Shown: positions 59,979 through 64,000 of the stretch, piece by piece
How positions within the stretch are numbered: the first letter of the stretch is position 1
How the letters are laid out: every line of letters begins with the position of its first letter
Source: a bacterium
Lineage (GTDB): Bacteria > UBA8248
Assembly (NCBI GenBank): GCA_965213625.1
Contig: CBDBZU010000004.1
Location: forward strand, 1,824,001 to 1,888,000
DNA: 64,000 nt
Direction of reading: 5' to 3'
The notes under the pieces: generated by a model
What the model was told of the DNA's origin: nothing
Databases searched by the model: none
What the model saw: only the letters and a program-made list of their open reading frames with translations
Made by a program: the position numbers and the translations under genes

Positions 59979-60953
59979 ATGAAGCGCACATCCTGGAAAA
60001 TGGTTTTCGTTCTTGCGGTGGCCATCGGCGCATTCGTGGCCGTTCAGGCCGAGGCGGCCCGCCTCACGATGGGCAGCTGGAAAAAAGGCAGCGGCTGGCA
60101 CGTGTATTCGGCCACCATGGCGAACATCGTGAACAACGCGAAAGTGGGCGTTCAGATCGACGCCCTCTCCAAAGGCGGCGGCGTGGGTAACCCCAAGCTC
60201 GTCGGCACCGGCAAGTTCAACATGGGGCTCACCTTCAGCGTGGCGGCGGCCTGGGCGTATCAGGGCAAGGTGGCCTACAAGAAGCCCTACAAGAACCTGC
60301 GCGGGCTAGTAGGCGGCCTGGATCAGTACTACCTGGGCATCGTTACCACGAACCCCAAGGTGAACGGCATCCTGGACTTGAAGAAAGTGCCCGTGAACTA
60401 CGTGACGGTTCCGCGCGGCGGGCTGGGCCAGTGGGCCACGCGCGCCATGCTCGGAGCGCACGGCATCACATATGAGGGCATCAAGAAGATGGGCGGTTCG
60501 GCCACGCACACCGGCTTCGGCGCCATCAAGAGCCGGATGAAGGACGGCCAGGCCGACATGCTGAGCCACACCGTGAACGCGGGCCACCCGGCGCTCACCT
60601 CGATCGCTGTTCAGAAAAAGCTGAAATTCTTAGGCATCGCCGATGAGTTCCGCAACAAGCTCTTGGGTATCGGCTTCCTGAAAGCCACCATGCCGGCCAA
60701 CACCTTCCCGGGGCAGAAGGAGCCCAAGAAAACGTTCGGCTTCACCACGGCGGTCCTCGCTTCCACGGCGCTCAGCAACAAGGATGCGTACAATATCGTG
60801 AAGGCGCTGCTCGATAACGTGAAGGATCTGCGGGCGGGGCATAAGGGCCTCAGGGGCTTCGACCCGGCCAAGACGGGCTGTAAGGAAGCGCAGATGGGTA
60901 TTCCGTTCCACGATGGCGCGGCCCGCTACTGCAAGGAGAAGGGCTGGAATTAG
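59979..60953 (+). CDS. TAXI family TRAP transporter solute-binding protein
   Basis: Signal peptide, GGGVGN, MPANTFPGQ, IPFHDGAARY. Confidence 0.9.
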   Translation: MKRTSWKMVFVLAVAIGAFVAVQAEAARLTMGSWKKGSGWHVYSATMANIVNNAKVGVQIDALSKGGGVGNPKLVGTGKFNMGLTFSVAAAWAYQGKVAYKKPYKNLRGLVGGLDQYYLGIVTTNPKVNGILDLKKVPVNYVTVPRGGLGQWATRAMLGAHGITYEGIKKMGGSATHTGFGAIKSRMKDGQADMLSHTVNAGHPALTSIAVQKKLKFLGIADEFRNKLLGIGFLKATMPANTFPGQKEPKKTFGFTTAVLASTALSNKDAYNIVKALLDNVKDLRAGHKGLRGFDPAKTGCKEAQMGIPFHDGAARYCKEKGWN

Positions 60954-60962
60954 TTGAGCATC

Positions 60963-60989
60963 CAGGGGGCGGAAGAGTTCCGCCGCCTG
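60963..60989 (+). terminator. hairpin after the TAXI gene (no U-tract; probably stabilising)
   Basis: GGCGGAA/TTCCGCC stem extended by CAGG/CCTG. Confidence 0.4.
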
Positions 60990-61111
60990 AAATAGCAAGC
61001 AAGAAATAGAATCGAAACTGGTTGATGAAGGATTCACTCCCGCCGTCCGTCTTTGATGGGCGGCGGGAGCCTTCCATTTCAGAATTTATTTACTCCTGTA
61101 GGGGGAAAGCC

Positions 61112-61903
61112 ATGCCGTACCGCTTCGTCGATCTCTCGCTCACCGTCGACCCGGAGGACACCTACGTCCAGTTTCCGCGCGATGAGATTTACGACAAGCC
61201 GGCTCCGGGCACGACCATCACCCCCATCGCAACGCTGGACGTGGACCACATCTGCAACTTCGGTTTCACCACCACCACGCAGAGCTACACGCACTACGAC
61301 GCGCCCTATCACTTCTTTCACGACGGTCTGAAGAACGACGAGTTGCCGCTCGATCACGTATGCGGCGACGCCTGCGTGCTCAAGGTGCCGGGTAAGGGCA
61401 ACTCCGAGTCCGTGACGGCGGAAGATCTCGAAGCCACGGGTGTGGAAGTGCGCCCCGGCGACATCGCCATCGTCAGCACCGAATGGACCGACCGCATGTG
61501 GGGCTCGCGTGATTTCTGGGAGAACATGGTCTATCTCTCGACCGACGCGGCCGATTGGCTCATCGACAAGGGGATCAAGGCGCTCGTCCAGGATTTCATG
61601 ACGTGCGACTCGCCGCTTTATCCCCCCGAGGAGCGCAAGTGGCCCGCACCGAACTGGAGCCCCAACCACATCAAGTTCCTGGAGCGCGGGATATGCCTCA
61701 TCGAGTGGTGCACGAACATGGGCGCCATCCAGAAAGAGCGCGTCCTGCTCGTTACGGGCGCGGTGAAACTCAAGGACACCGAGGGCGCCCCCGCGCGCGT
61801 CATCGCCATCGAGTTCTGGGACGAGGAGCCGCCACGCGACGGCGCTCCTCCCCTGCCGCCGATTGAGAATCCCTATACGGATCGCGGCTCCTGGGCCAAA
61901 TAA
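61112..61903 (+). CDS. cyclase family protein (kynurenine formamidase-like)
   Basis: VDLS, THYDAPYH, PGDIAIV.T.W, LIEW..N, EGAPARVIA. Confidence 0.85.
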   Translation: MPYRFVDLSLTVDPEDTYVQFPRDEIYDKPAPGTTITPIATLDVDHICNFGFTTTTQSYTHYDAPYHFFHDGLKNDELPLDHVCGDACVLKVPGKGNSESVTAEDLEATGVEVRPGDIAIVSTEWTDRMWGSRDFWENMVYLSTDAADWLIDKGIKALVQDFMTCDSPLYPPEERKWPAPNWSPNHIKFLERGICLIEWCTNMGAIQKERVLLVTGAVKLKDTEGAPARVIAIEFWDEEPPRDGAPPLPPIENPYTDRGSWAK

Positions 61904-61913
61904 GGCGCGCGAT

Positions 61914-63296
61914 ATGGTCGATCAAAGCCTGCGCGGCTTCCTGGAGATGGTGGAGAAAGACCACCCCGAAGAACTCGTGCGCATCGCAGAACCCGTTGGC
62001 AGGGAGGACATCACGCCCACTGTGTTCGAGTTCGAGCGAGCGGGCAGATACCCCGTCATCATCTTCGAGCGCGTGGAGGGTTTCGAGGGTTCGGTCGTAA
62101 CCAACATCGCGGGCAACCGGAATCTGCTCGCGGCGTGTCTCGACGTGGAGCCGGGCGACTTGCCGACGGCGTATAAGGATCGCTGCCAGAATTATCTCCC
62201 CGTGGAGGTGGTGGATGACGCCCCCTGGCGTGAAGTCGTAATCGAAGAAGACGACGTAGACCTGAACGAACTGCCCATCCCATTTCATTTTCCCGTGGAT
62301 GCGGCTCCCTACATCACGGCGGGCCAGATCGTGGCGCGTGACCCCGAGACGGGTGTCGACACGACGGGTTTTCACCGCTTACAGCTCAAGGGAAAGAACA
62401 GGCTGGGCGTTTCCCTGCATTCGCGCCGGCGGATGTACCACTTCCATAAAAAGGCGGAAGATGCGGGCGATCCTCTACCGGCGGCTGTCGTCATCGGAAT
62501 CCACCCGGTCCACTACATGGGTTCGATGGCGTATCACTACCCGCCGGGGGTGCGGAAGTACGAGATTATCGGTGCCTTGTTCGGCGAGCCGTATCGCGTC
62601 GCCAGGTGCGGCACGGCGGACCTCGAAGCCCCCGAGGGCGCGGAGATCGTTCTGGAAGGGGAGATTCTGGCCGAGGTGCGCGAACCGGAAGGCCCATTCG
62701 GCGAGTTCACCGGCTATGCGTCCTACCGCAGCACGCAGAACGTGTTTGTCGTCAAGCGCGTACAGATGCGGAGCGACGCCATGCTCCACAGCGTGGCCTC
62801 GGGCATGTCGGCGGATCACATCCTCATCTCATGCGTGAGCCGCGAGGCGGAAATCCTGAACACGCTCAGACGCAACCTGCCGGGCGTATCCGCCGTGCAC
62901 GTGCCCTCGAACACGGCGGGCGCGCTGCTCGCCATCGTCCAAATGAACAAGACGGCCGAGGGCCAGCCGCAGCAGGCCATCATGGCGGCGCTCGGCACCG
63001 AGTTTTATTGCAAGTGCGTGGTCGTGGTCGATGAGGACGTGGACATCTTCAATCTCTCCGACGTCGCCTGGGCGGTCATCACGAGGACGCGCGCGGACAA
63101 GGACATCAACTTCATCCACGGGGCGATGGGCGCCATTCTGGACCCGACTTCGGACCCCGAGACTCACACCCTCACGAAAGTGGGCATCGACGCTACCAAG
63201 CCGGCAGGACGCGACTTCGCGGAACGGCTCCATATTCCCGACGCGCAGCGAGAGCGCGTGCGCGGAATCCTCGCGAGCGCTGGCATTCACCTTTAG
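61914..63296 (+). CDS. UbiD family prFMN-dependent (de)carboxylase
   Basis: DAAPYIT, GFHRLQ, AEIVLEG, EPEGPFGEFTGY, VDEDVDI, KVGIDAT. Confidence 0.92.
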   Translation: MVDQSLRGFLEMVEKDHPEELVRIAEPVGREDITPTVFEFERAGRYPVIIFERVEGFEGSVVTNIAGNRNLLAACLDVEPGDLPTAYKDRCQNYLPVEVVDDAPWREVVIEEDDVDLNELPIPFHFPVDAAPYITAGQIVARDPETGVDTTGFHRLQLKGKNRLGVSLHSRRRMYHFHKKAEDAGDPLPAAVVIGIHPVHYMGSMAYHYPPGVRKYEIIGALFGEPYRVARCGTADLEAPEGAEIVLEGEILAEVREPEGPFGEFTGYASYRSTQNVFVVKRVQMRSDAMLHSVASGMSADHILISCVSREAEILNTLRRNLPGVSAVHVPSNTAGALLAIVQMNKTAEGQPQQAIMAALGTEFYCKCVVVVDEDVDIFNLSDVAWAVITRTRADKDINFIHGAMGAILDPTSDPETHTLTKVGIDATKPAGRDFAERLHIPDAQRERVRGILASAGIHL

Positions 63297-63304
63297 GCCA
63301 AAAA

Positions 63305-64000
63305 ATGGTGGATAGAAAAGTAAAACTCGGCGTGTTGCTTCCCACGCGTGGGGTGCTGCTCTGGAACGACGGCGCCCCGGAGGTCGGCCCCATCATCGAC
63401 TTGGCGGTGCGCGCGGAAGAACTCGGCTACGATTCGGTGTTCGTGGGCGATTCGGTGCTCGCCAAGCCGAGGCTCGAGGCGCTCAGCGTGCTTTCCGCCG
63501 TGGCGGTGAGAACCGAGCGCGTAAAACTCGGCACCGCCGTCTTTCTGCCCTGTCTCAGGGACCCCGTATTCCTCGCCTACCAGGTGGCGACGCTCGACGT
63601 CATATCGGGCGGCCGCGTCATTTTGGGCGTCGGCATCGGCCCGCCGAAGCCCCAGGAATGCGTCCATGAGTTCGAGACCCTGGGTGTTCCGTTCCGAAAA
63701 CGCATGTTCTACATGCAGGAGCACATGACGCTCATGCGGAGGCTCTGGACGGAGGAGAAAGTAACCTTCGAGGGCAGGTATTACCAGGTGGAAAACGTGA
63801 CGCTGGCACACAGGCCCATCCAGAAAACCGTGCCCATGTGGATCGCCTCAGCCACAGTGGACACCGCATGGCAGCGGGTGGCGAAGTATGGGGATGGATG
63901 GTTCCCGAACCGCGTGACGCCCGAGGAGTTTCGCGATACCTGGGGGCAGATCGTCGGTCTCGCGGAGGAGAGCGGGCGCGACCCGGGCACACCCGCGTGG
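63305..64000 (+). CDS. LLM-class oxidoreductase (partial, runs off the window)
   Basis: Read directly: MVDRKVKLGVLLPTRG..DSVFVGDSVLAKPR..TLDVISGGR; paralogue of 55746-56714; absent from the ORF track because it has no stop in the window. Confidence 0.85.
   Translation, partial: MVDRKVKLGVLLPTRGVLLWNDGAPEVGPIIDLAVRAEELGYDSVFVGDSVLAKPRLEALSVLSAVAVRTERVKLGTAVFLPCLRDPVFLAYQVATLDVISGGRVILGVGIGPPKPQECVHEFETLGVPFRKRMFYMQEHMTLMRRLWTEEKVTFEGRYYQVENVTLAHRPIQKTVPMWIASATVDTAWQRVAKYGDGWFPNRVTPEEFRDTWGQIVGLAEESGRDPGTPAW

Overview
GC-rich bacterial chromosome window dominated by solute transporters (2 TAXI/TRAP, TctABC, LivKHMGF, sugar ABC, NMT1-type SBP) and catabolic enzymes (4 luciferase-like/LLM oxidoreductases, GGT, ALDH, UbiD, cyclase, crotonase), with one tRNA-Ala(GGC). 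The main feature is an approximately 11.6 kb same-strand respiratory cluster (43783-55409). It encodes a cupredoxin-like protein, two paralogous diheme cytochrome c peroxidases, a Tat-exported Rieske subunit and an AioA-like molybdoenzyme, which together form the IdrABP1P2 iodate-reductase signature. These are followed directly by a cytochrome c, a GltD/DsrL-like Fe-S flavoprotein, and a Rieske/cytochrome b/tetraheme c complex resembling the flavoprotein-associated Rieske/cyt b complexes of anammox bacteria. Other notable signals: a promoter-hairpin RNA-U6-NYN nuclease unit resembling an RNA-antitoxin system; a 1.2 kb recombinase-free insertion bounded by a 47-bp direct repeat; an operon with an ATA start, a missing catalytic Ser and an in-frame stop; several REP/MITE-like palindrome families; and periodic intergenic motifs. 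All calls come from reading motifs by eye. No database searches were run.
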